Below, piece by piece: positions 23,858 to 38,524 of a stretch of 64,000 nt of DNA; within the stretch, counting starts at the first letter, position 1; every line of letters begins with the position of its first letter. Source of the stretch: Octopus sinensis. Lineage: Eukaryota. The stretch covers positions 39,742,001-39,806,000 of the forward strand of contig NC_043005.1 in assembly GCF_006345805.1 (NCBI RefSeq). Reading direction: 5' to 3'. The notes below the pieces were generated by a model. That model did no database searches, was not told the DNA's origin, and was given only the letters and a program-made list of their open reading frames with translations. A program made the position numbers and the translations under genes.

Positions 23858-25494
23858 AAAATATTAAGAGTAAAACTAACTATGGATCGTTTTATGCCAA
23901 ATTGCTGGGATGAACAGAAGAGAGTGAGAAAAAGACCATGTCCATGAATTTACTATTTTCATTCAAGAACTTCAACTCATACAATAAATATAAGTTAAAT
24001 AGTTCTTGAAATAACAGAGGAATATTAATAAACTTTTGTATTAATTATGCAGGATTGGAAAAATTACTTTAAAGTAACAAAAGATTCTCTCTTATTATGG
24101 ATATCGATGGATATAAATTAGAGTGAATAGTTAGAATAGGAGTTGATTATAGATGATACAGAGATTAGAGAGTCGAGGAAGAAGAGTTGATTGTAACAAT
24201 AAGAGAAGCATCAAAAGGTACGAAATAGCATGATTACAATTGATGTGAAGATAGTAGAAAGTGAAAGAATGAATAAAAATTATTTTCCTCAATACAATCG
24301 GATGAGTTGAGAAAAATTAAGTGCACCATCCTGAGTCTGACAATAATCATCCACGATGGTGAAATGTTTGGTTCCTTCTACAGAATGAAGAACTGCTATA
24401 GATTAAAATAGTTTGTACTATGAAGATAAAATGGAATCAGATGCGTGCAACTAGAATTAATCTGTATGTATCCGAGCGATTCATACAGTCTAGATAACTG
24501 TTTTACTATACTCTGTTAAGGTTCATTCATATGTTAACAATACAGTTGAGCTGAAGTTCTCTAGTGAATGGAAACATCTGTTCTTCAGAGAAGAATGTAT
24601 TAGTTCGATATTTCTTTACGAAAACTTTATTTTTAAGAACGAATAGTCATTCAATTCCATTTCTTTGTGATTATATTTCTACAATAAGAGAAGACATATG
24701 CAAGACCAATGATTAAATAAAAATAGAGAGATAGAAACACATTATATATTATGATGCAGTTCTGTGCATGACGATGGGTAAGTATAGGAGACTAAGGTGA
24801 GATATCGTAAAGACAATAACGTCATTTATCGTAGATGGTTCTGACTAAGGGAGTCAAAATGATTGCCAAACATGGAGAGACTACTGGGTTGTAGAGAGCT
24901 AATTAATAGCTTGACTAATAATTATGGATATGTTTGATTTCCGTTATTTTTTCTGCATAAACAAATACTACGATTGATAGATTAAGAATAAGATAACAGA
25001 GGATTATGTCCAGCTACGACACATTTGTATCCTGTCCAAATTAAAGTAAGTCTCTCGCCTTCTTCACGGCATAAAAGCTAAAACTTGAGTCCGTAACACT
25101 GAGTTTTAAGACGCTAAGCCTATAGCTATGAAGTTTAAGCCAGTCTGGCTTATAACGAAATATTTAGCAGGTATGAATGTGTTTCTTATTTTCGTCTTCT
25201 TTTTCTTTCTTTTTTTTTTTTTTGACAGTTCTTTCACGAACGGAAAGCGTTTAAGCTCCTGGTGAACTACATCTGCAATACTTGCTCTTAACTCTCTTAC
25301 TTGTCATAATCTATGTTCTACAAAAGTAAGAGGCTCCACTGAAACGACACAACCTAGGATTATATTACACGCAGATGAAGTTAACTTTGGGATCGAAACT
25401 TGTTGCTAAGACACACTGATATAAGAAGTTTACTTTCGAGAATTCAGTGTTTGGTATGTATGCGTATCCATCTATGTATGATTCAATATACATG

Positions 25495-25692
25495 CATGTG
25501 CAAGTGTGTTTGTGTCTGCGTGGGTGTGTGTATGTGTGTTTGCGTGCGTGTATATGTGTGTGTGTGCGTGTATATGTGTGTGTGAGCGTGTGTGTATGCG
25601 TGTGATTGTGTGTGTGTGATTCTCTGTGTGTTGTTTGTTTGTGTGTGTTGTGTGTGTGTGTGTGTGTGTGTGTGATTGTGTGTGTGTGTGTG

Positions 25693-25733
<41 letters not shown>

Positions 25734-25795
25734 TGCGTGTGTGTGTGTGTGTGTGCGTGTGTGTTTTTACGAGTAGGCTTGCATGTGTGTGTGTA
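25495..25795. repeat. Imperfect (TG)n tract
   Basis: Direct read. Confidence 0.95.
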
Positions 25796-26757
25796 TTAAT
25801 ACGTATTTGATTGAAAATGAATTTTTCAGATTTGAAATTTCATTTGTGGACTGAAAAGTAAATACATTTTTAAAACTTTAAACATTCTGGCGTGAGATAT
25901 TTCCGTTTACTGTCAATGCTTCAGAGCCCGATGCGCATGTACATGCGTGTTTTTGTGCGTATATGTGTTTCTGTATATCTTTAGGATAGCGGATTCATTA
26001 GAAAAGATAAACCTTTCCACTTAAATAGCGATTTCCATGAGTTACGCGTAGCAAAGAGCGAGTGTGTTCTTATAAATCATTTAAACAGGCAGAAGACGAA
26101 ATACTTTTTCTTTCCTTTTCTGAAATAACTTATATACCCATGGCAGAAATTAAGCTGAAAGTGTTATTTAATGGAAGTATAGACATAATATATATATCGT
26201 ATATTTTTTTGTAGGATTGTATAGCAAGATTATTAAATTTTTATTGAAAATATTTTGAAAGGCTGCAGAAATGATATAAATCTTTTTGCTGAGGTGGAAA
26301 CAATAAAAACAGTTTTATTTAATTTTCGAAGATTTCTCCATTTTTTAATTAAATGACTAATGGACTTGCGCCATATAAAATGATTCCGATCCACATATTA
26401 AAAGTTACTCTTTGCCAAAATGAGTAAAAATGTTTGTGGAGTTTACTGCCTAGAGTTTAGTTACATTGATTCATATACAACTGAGATAACTGACAATTTC
26501 CCTTGAAAATTTAATACTGATATGATGTTGAACTCGTAGCTCTCTCTCCCTTAGTTCTGCTGCTGAAATGCAATATATATGAGCAATAAATATAAACAAA
26601 TAATTTTAGAAGGACAGAGAATATATATACATATCATGCACACACATTAACACTCACATACTCACACACGTATATAAGGGTGTATCTATGTGTGTATGTG
26701 TATATGTAAATATATACATATACACACACACACACACATACACACACACACACACAT

Positions 26758-26826
<69 letters not shown>

Positions 26827-26861
26827 CGCGCGCATGCATATATACATAAATACATACATAG

Positions 26862-27198
26862 AGGATCAAGACCCTTTTCAATCATGAATGTCCATGGATT
26901 GCAACTAAGGAAGTTATACTCCGAGGCACAAGTCCAGGTATACCAGTCGCCATGCCTACCAAGTCACCCATGCATATCAGCCTCCCCAAGCCACGACACC
27001 GATGTTATCCAAAGGAAAGCAGAGACTGATACAGCTTGGCACCAGTGACGTCACAACTCATTTCTACTGCTGAGTGAACTGGAGCAACGGGAAATTAAGT
27101 GTCTTGCTGAAGAGACACAAGACACCCTGGGACGGCAATCGAAGCCACTAGATTATGATTGTGAGCCTGATATTGTAACTCCTGAGACATGCACTTGC
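26862..27198 (-). mobile_element. tRNA-derived SINE family D, diverged
   Basis: Minus strand: tRNA-like head with ggcttcgattgcc B-box relic, then cttcagcaagacacttaatttcccgttgctccagttcactcagc..aaatgag, a SINE-core-like stretch. Confidence 0.65.
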
Positions 27199-27301
27199 AT
27201 ACATACATGCATACATGCATGCATTCGTACATACATACATACATGCAAACATGCATGCATACATACATGCATACATACATACACATATACCTACTTATAC
27301 A

Positions 27302-27342
<41 letters not shown>

Positions 27343-27494
27343 AGAATTTCTTTCCGTGCAAAACAGAAAAAAAGGAAATACATTTTAAAACTTAAACTCT
27401 TTCATAATTAAAGCGCCCATATAATTCTTAGTGTTACACCTAATCCACAATTTCATTCTAAAAATAAACGATCACATCATTGAGATGTGTTTAA

Positions 27495-28115
<621 letters not shown>

Positions 28116-30715
28116 TTTTAATTAACGACAAACAATACATGCATTATGCATGTTCATGTTCTGTTCTGTGTTTCTATGGTATTTGAAATTTATATAAACA
28201 TTATAGAGAAATACATAAATACATAAATAGTCTTATATATGTAAATACACGTGCGTGTGTGTGTGTAGCTGTGTGTGTCTGTGTTTATCTGTGTATGTCT
28301 GTGTCTTTGTATTTGTGTTTGTGCATGTATGTATGTATGTATGTATGTATGTATGTATGTATGTATGTATGTATGTATGTATGTATGTGTGTGTGTGCGC
28401 GTGTGTCTCTGTATATATGTATCTATGCATGCATACACTTTAAATCTCTGTACAAATTGTACGGTGAAACAGTGTGTCAACGTTAGGAATAGTCGTACAA
28501 ATTAAGTTATTCATGCTCTGCTGTATGCTATTGAGTACTTTTGTTTGGTTCGTTATTACTAGCTTAATATACATTTCTTTGGTATGTGTGTGCGTGAGTG
28601 CGTATTTGTGTGTATGTGTGTGTGTGTGATTGTGTGTGTTTTAGTTTATGTGTATGTGTCTGTGCTTATTGTACAACGATATAAAATATGATTCAGTGAT
28701 ATATACTTCACAAGATATAAGTTCAGTGATACGCTTTTAGAGATATATATTCCTTAGAGATGTAGTTCAGCGATGTATACTGCGATATACACTTCACAGA
28801 GTTATGATTTACTGATATGCGGAACGATACAAGAAAAGAAACAAAATGCGGTCGTTATTACAGCATGAATCTACGGATCGATATTTGATTCCATGAAGTG
28901 TCTGGTGATCAACTGGAATGGCTTTTGTGTAACACTAATTTTTATAAATATTTAAGCAACGTTGACCAGTCACAAGCTTTCAGTAAAGTACCCCAGTAAC
29001 TCACACTAACTATACAACCAAACCACAGAGCGCTTGACCCATGAAAGTGTTTATAAATACCCCTGTAAGTTTATATGTTCCTCCCTTTGGATGATATTGT
29101 AGAGAGTGAATTAAGCTCGGCTTTCTGTAACGGAACTAAGTTGCTATCGCTGCTGCAATTGCAGATTCTTTATTGTTGTTGCATTTGTTGTTGTTGTTGT
29201 TGTTGATATTGTCTGATTATGTTCAGTTTATTCATTTCTTAATATTGTATTTTTTTCTTTCTGTTTTTCCTCGTAACGAAACTCCAATGTTTTGACGTGA
29301 GTTCAGAAAGAGAGCTAATAAATTATATTAAGGCGTTCACCTCTTGACTTTACTCATTGATCTAATTGTTGGCACCCGCTCTGTAAAAATTTCTTTTGCT
29401 GTGCAGATATCTTCTTGTGATATATGTGCCAACCGACATTCTTCTTTGATGATGTATAAATATCTCATGCAAAAATATATTCATTACGTAATGACTCGTC
29501 GACAACGATTTGTCTATTCGAAAAGAATAATGTCTTTGATATGTGCAGTCTCTTTTAATATAGAAGAGAATTCCAAAGATTATCAGAAAACATTTTCGTC
29601 TAAACGTTTTTCTACTTCAACCTACTGATTTGTACGAAGTCTGTTAACTTACCGTTATTGCAAACGATATTATTTCTATGTGATTAAAACTACAGGAAAC
29701 AATGAACTATCAGAAACGGTATACCACTGGATTAAATTCCTTGTTGTGCTTAGACTTGTTTCCTTAAAGTTGCCAGTTCAAATCTTTCCAGAAATTGTTA
29801 TTACATAAGAACATGGGTGAGCATGTATGTGTGTGAGCGTATGTGTGTGTATGAAAGAGAGAGAGAGAGAGAGAGAGAGAAAGAAAGGAGTCATTCATGA
29901 ATGCTACTGATAACATGTAACCTGTTGCATGGTCGGACCATTGAAAACTAAACTACCCTCCGTAGTGAGGAGGATGGTTTGTAGACACACTGCAGAATGA
30001 AAAGCAACATTTGTTAAAGGGTGGATTAATTCAGGAGAGTCATCGGCCACCCAATTACGTGATAAGTATATATACATGTGTGTGTGTGCGTGTGTGTGTA
30101 TGTGTGTGTGTCTGTGTCTGTGTGTGTGTGCATGCGCATGCGCACACGTGTGTAAACCATAAAAAGTCAGGAGGTATGAGAGATGAATATATTTAAAATT
30201 ATCACTTAACATCCTTAGGTTTACAACCGTTTCGAGGTCTTCTTCATGTAGTTATAATTTCAGTGAGGATTAAAATTGCTTATATGTTTCCATTAATATG
30301 CATTAAACAATACAATTGTGTATTCACAAATCAGTGAAAGTAAATAAAGATAACTCATCAAATCAGCAGAAGATCATGGTTACAGAAACTATTCAACTTT
30401 AAGAATACCTAACAATTTTTCTCTATATACAATGTATAAAAGCCCAAAATTAGCTTTGACTTCATCACTAGAAATTAAAATATGTTGTTCCATCTCAATC
30501 CAGGTGCTAGATACAAGTTACAAGTTCATGGAGTTGGCCATCCTTATGTTATGAAAACCCCCAGGAGGGGACAAAAAGAGGATGTAAAGTAAATATATAT
30601 AAAAAAAAAGTAAATAAATAGCTTTAAAAATTATATAAATTCATATAAAGAAAATGAAATTATATATAAACACTGACACGCACGCACACGCATATATACG
30701 TCCATACACACACAC

Positions 30716-30786
<71 letters not shown>

Positions 30787-30834
30787 TATTAGTTTGACTC
30801 TCGGGAAGGTGAGAAAGTCTTTTACGTTTCGAAA

Positions 30835-31382
30835 CGAAGAAGACCAACATCATGAGTCAGGCTACATCGGACATCCCAAACATACATATTGGAGACCACA
30901 GACTACAGGAGGTGGAGAAGTTTACCAATCTTGGCTCTACCGTCACCTACAACCTATCCTTTGATGCTGAGCTCAATATACGCATTGGCAAGGCAGCTGC
31001 TGTGAAGGCCCAACTCTCCAAACGGGCATGGGACAACAATAAGCTGACCACGACCACAAAAATTTAGATTTACCAGGAATGTGTACTTAGCACTCTACTG
31101 TATGGAAGTGAGACTTAGACGCCATACACATGCCAAGAGTGTCACCTAAATATCTTTCACCTGCGCTGCCTCCGGAAAATCCTTGGCATCAAATGGCAGA
31201 ATCATGTCCCCAAAAAGATGCCCTTAAGCAAACAGGAATACCAAGCTTGTTTGCACTCCTCACACAAAGATGTATGAGATGGCTTGGACATGTCAGCCGT
31301 ATGGAAGATGGCAGAATCCCCCAAGGACATACTCTACGGAGAGCTTGCTAAGGGCACTAGGTCTGTGGGAAGACCGTTCTTA

Positions 31383-31386
<4 letters not shown>
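30835..31386 (+). mobile_element. RTE (BovB-like) LINE, 3' RT/thumb fragment
   Basis: LQEVEKFTNLGSTV..DAELNIRIGKAAA..LSKRAW..TKI*IYQECVLSTLLYGSET..MRWLGHVSRMEDGRIP..LYGEL..GRP. Confidence 0.93.
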
Positions 31387-31450
<64 letters not shown>

Positions 31451-31574
31451 CGTAAACGGGGAATAGATAGTAGGAGATATAAAGATTAAACCAAGAAATA
31501 GTATTGGAAAGCTTTAAATAGGATTAAAAAGTCACAAGATCACACATAAAAGCTTATCGACATGAAATTGTAGT

Positions 31575-32750
31575 CATATTTTCAAACCATTCTCCCCCAC
31601 TAATCCTCTATAGAACGCCTTTATGGAATTGAAATCGCATAAGTTTAGTCCCAGACGGCAGAGTTGCTTCAGAGCAAGGCGGCACTCGCGGTGCCATTCG
31701 CCTAGCCTCGGTCTCTGTTTGATCCACACCTGCAGTTCGGCCAAAGAGACGAGCTGCGGGAAAGCGCGCGGCACAAACGGTGACCACACCTGTTCACCGT
31801 CGTCTATGAAGCGCTGGAGATGTCGCAGTCTCAGCGCATGTCTGCGCATTATCAACCACGTCATGCCCACCCCTCCATTTAGCGGGTGTTGACAGCAAAT
31901 GGATCGCCTAACCATCGGAAAGCGGAAGAGTATGCGTTCCAGTTTGGAGATGGTAGGGTCGGAACAATGCACGACGGTCAAATGGTTATCGATGACAGAT
32001 GCAATGTATGCGTTCGCCACCTCCGCCCGACCTTTTAGGGATAACTTCCTCTCGACCCATTGCTGGGTGAGAGTGGCCACCCTACTCGTTATCTCGCCCC
32101 AGTTCTTCTCGATTTGGATGTCCGGACCGAACCAGACTCCGAGCAATTTAACCGGTACATCGGTCCAGCGTCCCACGATGGAGACACTGTTGGACAGCAT
32201 GGGCATGCTTCTCCTGGTGCCGAGTAGCAAGCCCACTGACTTTTTCCGGTTAATTTTTTGCTCCCGTAACCGCTTCGTATTCTTTTAGTGTCTCGCCGAC
32301 CAGGTCGATATGCCTGTGGCTCGACACAGCATGGTGACGTCGTCTGCGTATGCAGACACGCTCCTCCCGCATCCCAGCTCTCGCGGGATACCCCTCAGCT
32401 CGCCAGCTTCCGCAGTAGTGGCTCAAGAGTCAATACATACAGAAGCGACGAAGCGAACGCGTGATGTTAAATGGTCTGGACAGATGACCATTTACGCGAA
32501 CTACCGAGCGGATGCCGCTCTATAAGGCAGCGATTCAACCGCAGAAGGCGGGACCGATCCCAGCCGTTCTAAGGACAGCCTCAAAGTAGCGATGGTCTAC
32601 CCCATTGAAAGCCTTTGAATGATCCAACTTGATTAGTGCCCCACTCATTCCAGGTTCCTTAACTACTCTGTCTATGATGTAGTGCATCAGATGGAGGTTG
32701 TCATGGACATTCCTATCCAGCACGGCGCACATTTGCTCCTTGTCGACCAG
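31575..32750 (-). mobile_element. Tx1/L1-clade LINE RT fragment
   Basis: RNVHDNLHLMHYII..GALIKLDHSKAFNGVDHRY; SAYADDVT; KLLGVWFG; RKLSLKGRAEVANAYIAS; HPLNGGVG. Confidence 0.92.
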
Positions 32751-33707
32751 TATGTATATACGTGTATATACATACACAGAACTAATATCCGTCATACATA
32801 AATACGCTGTTTGGTTTCCAATCTGAAAAGCATTTCACTTCCTTCATTTCATTAATGCCGTTAAATGTTTCACAATTTTATTTCTCTTCCTATATACAAA
32901 ATATATGGGCCCTTGTTCATGTAATAAATTAATAATATTATGGATTGAATGTAATTACATTTTAGCTTTTTCAGGTTCCAGTGAACACCCGAATAAACGA
33001 TTGTCTTCGTGCTTATTTTTATATGTAAGAAATAAACAAAGTAACTGATTTACTCGATTGTTCTTTAAGACATTTTTCACGAAGTGGAATGTGTTTTCCC
33101 TTGTTACTATGGATGCACGTAAGGCACAACTCATACACACCCATTTGTTTCTGCTAGATCGTAAAACAGTGATGTTTCTTGTTATAATATTATTGATAAA
33201 AGAAAGGAGTAAATACAATTTTATTCAGGCGAATAGAATATCGAAATACATGAAGTATAGTTTATCAGTTTATAGCATCATATTTCATGTTGGGATCGAC
33301 AGTTTGCCAACATGAAAATTTCGACTGTGTAGAAACAGCAAAGAGACGTCGATTGATCAAATACAGATAGTAAATTTTAACTGGTTTGAAATGGCCGCTA
33401 TGTTGGCCACACAGGAATTATGTATTGAAATGACGATTGACTAGACATCGCATTTCAATATCGAATAGAAGAACACAGTAAATTTAGACAGGACAAACTT
33501 TCACAGTTGATTTTCAATTACTCTTGCACGTTTCATCTGTAAGCAATAAACTAGAGAAGGATGGATGGGCTACGTCGGGCTATTGCTTACGGCGGAAATC
33601 ATCCCCGACAAACACTACACAGAAACGAAGTCCTCGGCAGTAATACAACATCCCGATAATACTTACAGGACATTTCCGTTTTCATTTCGTTTTATTGACT
33701 TCCGGAT

Positions 33708-33737
33708 GTATATATAAGATATATGTATATATATATG

Positions 33738-33815
<78 letters not shown>

Positions 33816-34041
33816 CGTATATATATATGTGTGTGTACATGTGTGTATGTAGTATATGTATATATAGACATATATGTATATATATAGACATATGTGTATA
33901 TTATATACATATATATATTACATATACATATATATGTATGTATATATTATATGTGTATATATGTGTGTATATCTATATCTATCTATATATGTATGTATCT
34001 ACACACACATACATATATACATACATACATACATACATACA

Positions 34042-34072
<31 letters not shown>

Positions 34073-34100
34073 GTATGTATATATATATATATATATATAT
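33708..34100. repeat. (TA)n/(CATA)n compound microsatellite
   Basis: Direct read. Confidence 0.95.
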
Positions 34101-34272
34101 GAAAGTTTAATTGAATTCGAAGAGAAGTCGATGCTGGCGGGAATAAAGTCGTTGGTGAAACAACCATCTATTCATACTGAAAACACCGGTTCTACTTCAG
34201 TGATTAAAGGGGCTGCTTCTTTACATCTTTTTGTATATTATTAACACAAGATGGAGAAGGGGGAGGAGGAGG

Positions 34273-34327
34273 GGAAGAAGAAGAAGAAGAAGAAGAAAAG
34301 AAGAAGAAGAAGAAGAAGAAGAAGAAG

Positions 34328-34358
<31 letters not shown>

Positions 34359-34415
34359 TGAGTATTTCGTTATGAACATGACGACGGCAACAACAACAAC
34401 AACAACAATAACAAC

Positions 34416-34452
<37 letters not shown>

Positions 34453-34456
34453 TAAC

Positions 34457-34513
<57 letters not shown>

Positions 34514-34560
34514 GATATTGATGATACTGAGGATGATGACGACAACGATGATGATGATAG
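34273..34560. repeat. (GAA)n-(CAA)n-(TAA)n-(GAT)n compound microsatellite
   Basis: Direct read. Confidence 0.95.
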
Positions 34561-34794
34561 ATTTAAAATGATAAAATAATAGTATCAATTTTTCTTTAGG
34601 TTTTATTCTATCGGCAAATAAATTTCTCTTCCAATAAAATATATTATATAATTAGATACTGAACCTAGTTGACTCACTATTTCAAAAGCTTAGGATAACT
34701 TCTCAAAATAACAACAACACCAGGAACAACAACAAAGACGAAGATGACGACGACAGCGAAAACATAATATTTTTTTTTGTCACTCTTTTTTTTT

Positions 34795-35189
34795 TTTTAC
34801 TTGTTTCAGTCATTTGACTGCGGCCATGCTGGAGCACCGCCTTTAATCGAGCAACTCGACCCAATGACTTATTCTTTTGTAAGCCCAGTACTTATTCTAT
34901 CGGTCTCTTTTGCCGAACCGCTAAGTAACGGGGACATAGACACACCAGCATCGGTTGTCAAGCAATGCTAGGGGGACAAACACAGTCACACAAACACATA
35001 CACATACATACATATATATATATATGCGACAGGCTTCTTTCAGTTTCCGTCTACCAAATCCGCTCACAAGGCTTTGGTCGGCCCGAGGCTATAGTAGAAG
35101 ACAGTTGCCCAAGGTGCCACGCAGTGGGACTGAACCCGGAACCATGTGGTCGGTAAACAAGCTACTTACCACACAGCCACTTCTGCGCC
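34795..35189 (-). mobile_element. SINE family B, full length (tRNA head, CORE-like segment, internal microsatellite)
   Basis: Minus strand: ggcgcagaagTGGCTGTGTGGtaag (A box)...GGTTCAGTCCC (B box)...ccttgggcaa.tgtcttctac...tail gactgaaacaagtaaaa. Confidence 0.93.
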
Positions 35190-35499
35190 TATTAATTATT
35201 TCTACTATAAACATAAGGCGTGTAATTTTTCAGGGAGCCAACGATTCTGCCAGCTCGCCGTCTTAATAATAATAACCCCCTACCATCCAAGATTTCTCTG
35301 ACCACCAAGGGCAAATGGGCCGTCCAATTCCTGTTCTCCAACTCACCGGTCTATACTCAGAGCAGTACCATTCACTCTTGCCACATCGCAACCTTTACCC
35401 ACTGTTCAATAAATTCACTTCTCCACCCTCACTTTCCTTTTCAAATGAAACATGGAAAAGGAGATGAGGGCTGTATCAAAGAGGAATGTCTCTTCCTCA

Positions 35500-35830
35500 T
35501 ATCTTTCAATCTCGTCCATCAGACAACCACTTCTGCCACAGCCACTTGGCAGAGGAAAACTGCCTTACTTGCCTCATTAAATGAAGGCGGTGGAGAAATC
35601 ATCACAGTTGAACGCAGCCGATCGACGGATCTGTGCAACACGCGACAGCAGCTATTCAGGATACTTCCACAAATCAGCAATGATCGGACAAAGAACGAGT
35701 ACGTGTGGAACAGTTTCGTCGCTATGCGCACACCCCGGATAAGCCCGTGTGATAGCACATTTGTGCCTGTAGAGTTTATCTCAAAATGGTAGCACCCTTG
35801 GTAACACTGCCAACGACTTGTGGAAATTTT
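35500..35830 (-). mobile_element. Tx1/L1-clade ORF2 C-terminal zinc-knuckle fragment
   Basis: Minus frame DKLYRHKCAITRAYPGCAHSDETVPHVLVLCPIIADLWKY (C..C...ET..H....C pattern). Confidence 0.72.
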
Positions 35831-35859
35831 CCTTGGTAGCACCCGACAAGAAAGCCCTC

Positions 35860-36270
35860 CGGAACAGACTAGTAGTAGTAGTAGTAGTAGATAAAGATAA
35901 TAGAAAATGCCAGTTAATTGACTTTACCGTCCCAAATTATGAAAAAATTAATACGAGAGGTATAGAAAAAATAGCAAAGTACCAGGACCTAACCATTGAA
36001 TTACAGAGACTATGGAAATTGCGGGTAAAATGTATCTCAGTATCTCAATAGTTATAGGTGCATCGGGAACTATCCCTAAAGATTTGAAAAACTGAATAGA
36101 GGAAATAGGCATAAAATCCAGTGTGGTACAGCTCCAGAAAACTGCTATTAGGGACAGCTAAGATACTTACGAGGGTTCTTGGCATCTAAGGTAACTTGCT
36201 GTAGCCCGACGTTAGGAATTTTTCTTTTCCAACAGTCTAATCTGTTGTGTGTATATGAATAACAATAATC
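35860..36270 (+). mobile_element. R4/Dong-like LINE 3' end (RLE endonuclease)
   Basis: VVVDKDNRKCQLIDFTVP..KIAKYQDLTIELQRLWK..VIGASGTIPKDL..LQKT..GTAKIL. Confidence 0.88.
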
Positions 36271-36274
36271 ATAT

Positions 36275-36662
36275 AAAGGCACATGGTTATCTTGGGAGAG
36301 TGTTATCTTATATCGATCCCGAAAGGATGTAAGGCAAAATCGACCTCGGCGGAATTTGAACTGAGAACGAAAAGTCGGATGAAATACCACTAAGCATTTC
36401 GCCCCATGTGCTAACTATTCCGCCAATTCGTTTCCTTAATAATAGTAATAATCCTTTCCATTATAGGCACAGGGCCTGAAATTTGCGTGGAGGGGATAAG
36501 TCAGTTACAACGACCCAGGTGCATAACTGATACTTATCTAATCGAGCCCGAAAGGATGAAAGGCAAAGTCGACCTCGCTGAAATTTGAACTCAGAACGTA
36601 AATACGGACGAAATGTCGCTAAGCATTGTGCCCGGCATAGTAAAGATTCTGTCAGCTAACTG

Positions 36663-36695
<33 letters not shown>

Positions 36696-36706
36696 CATCA
36701 TCATCA

Positions 36707-36752
<46 letters not shown>

Positions 36753-37032
36753 CATCATCATCTCATCATCATCATTATTATTATTATTATATTATTATTA
36801 TTATTATTATATTATTATTATTATCTCTAAGCACAAGGCGTTGAAAATTTGTGAGGGAAAGGGTGCTAGTCGATAACGTTGACCTCAGTACGTAATTGGT
36901 ACTTATTTCAATGATCCCGAAAGAATCAAAAGCAATGTAGACCTGAAGGGAATTTGAACTCAGAACGTAAATACGGACGAAATGTCCTCTAAGTGTTGTG
37001 TCCGGCGTGCTAACGATTCTGCTAGCTAGCTG
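36275..37032 (-). mobile_element. Three head-to-tail SINE A copies (~36275-36437, 36452-36662, 36825-37032) separated by (TAA)/(CAT) repeats
   Basis: Each has gaccg/gacct..gaatttgaact.agaacg...gattc/tattc; all on minus. Confidence 0.88.
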
Positions 37033-37033
37033 C

Positions 37034-37087
<54 letters not shown>

Positions 37088-37090
<3 letters not shown>

Positions 37091-37546
37091 GGGCTACAGC
37101 AATATTCTGCTCAATACCACAGATTTGCTTGTCAGTGTTTGACCTTAACCAGTTGAGCATGTCCCTTAGTGGCTGACGATATGTGCATCTCTGATCACGA
37201 GCAGAAGTAGTGGGGGAGCATCATAGCCATGTGTTGAGAGGGATTCTTTGGGGTTTGAATAGTTCACCTCTGGAAACATGGGTGGTTCTTTCAACATCCT
37301 TAAACAAACCTTATTCAGGAACCGTTTGAGCGGGATGGGCTACTCAACCTGAAGAAAATTCTAACTGGGCCCCACCTGCAAGGTCATGTGCTGTTTATCT
37401 TGATATGAGATCCCCATGTCGCGCACATATGGTTGTGATGCATGTGCCTGGTGTACCCTTATCAGACGGGTAGTCATGATGGGTATACTGGGCTTCGTAT
37501 ATTTTACCCCAGTGTCACTTTGATGGCATGAACTGCTCTCTCACTC

Positions 37547-37547
<1 letters not shown>
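37088..37547. mobile_element. ~460-bp non-coding interspersed repeat (family E) inserted within (AAT)n
   Basis: GC-normal block with (AAT)n on both sides; a diverged inverted partial copy lies at 38525-38715. Confidence 0.75.
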
Positions 37548-37623
<76 letters not shown>

Positions 37624-38220
37624 AATAATATATTTAGTATCTAACCATGCGATTCTCTGTTTGAAATCTCTGAAATGAAGAAATTAGAAGAGAAAGTTGT
37701 CAGAAGAGAATACAAGAGTCATCTGTTAGAGGAAACGGTTAAAATATTTCAAATGACCGACACCAGCCTAACCCCACCTTTGAAGTTAATCACAAATCTT
37801 GAACGCGGGTCCACGCATACATACGCACACATGCACACACACACACAGACACACACACACACACACAGACGCGCAAACAAGACATACATACATATACACA
37901 CATGTACGTGTATGTATGTGTATGTATGTGTCTTTGTGTCTCTGTGTGTGAACAACATATATGCAGATATATATATCAAGAATATTTGAGTTAGACACTC
38001 AGTCACACATAACCCCTGCACATTCACACACACACACACACATATTTTTTAATAAATAGGTATATGTATGCGTATATTCGATTTATATTGTATATACTGT
38101 GTATAAGTATATATTATTCTTACGTAAATATGTTTGTGTGCATATATACGTATATTTACATACATAAATACACATATACATACATATATGCATACACATG
38201 CTTATATATACACGCATAAA

Positions 38221-38449
38221 GGCGGCGAGCTGGCAGAAACGTTAGCACGCCGGGCGAAATGCGTAGCCGTATTTCGTCTGCCGTTACGTTCTGAGTTCAA
38301 ATTCCGCCGAGGTCGACTTTGCCTTTCATCCTTTCAGGGTCGATAAATTAAGTACCAGTTACGCACTGGGGTCGATGTAATCGACTTAATTCGTTTGTCT
38401 GTCCTTGTTTGTCCCTTCTATGTTTAGCCCCTTGTAGGTAATAAAGAAA
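38221..38449 (+). mobile_element. SINE family A, young full-length copy
   Basis: ggcggcgagcTGGCAGAAACGttagc...GAGTTCAAATTCC..gcctttcatcctttcagggtcgataaattaagtaccag...tttagccccttgtaggtaataaagaaa. Confidence 0.95.
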
Positions 38450-38524
38450 CAAATATATATACACGCATACATATTTATGTATAAGATTATTATTATTGTT
38501 GTTGTAGTTTTCGTTGTTGTTTTT

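Noticed and set aside
29310-29640. Possible Tc1/mariner C-terminal relic on minus
   Set aside because: Only a vague resemblance; no catalytic motif could be read.
30215-30250. atgaagaagacctcgaaacggttgta on minus as a hammerhead
   Set aside because: Core lacks C3 and the stems are too short to support; at most a Penelope-end remnant.
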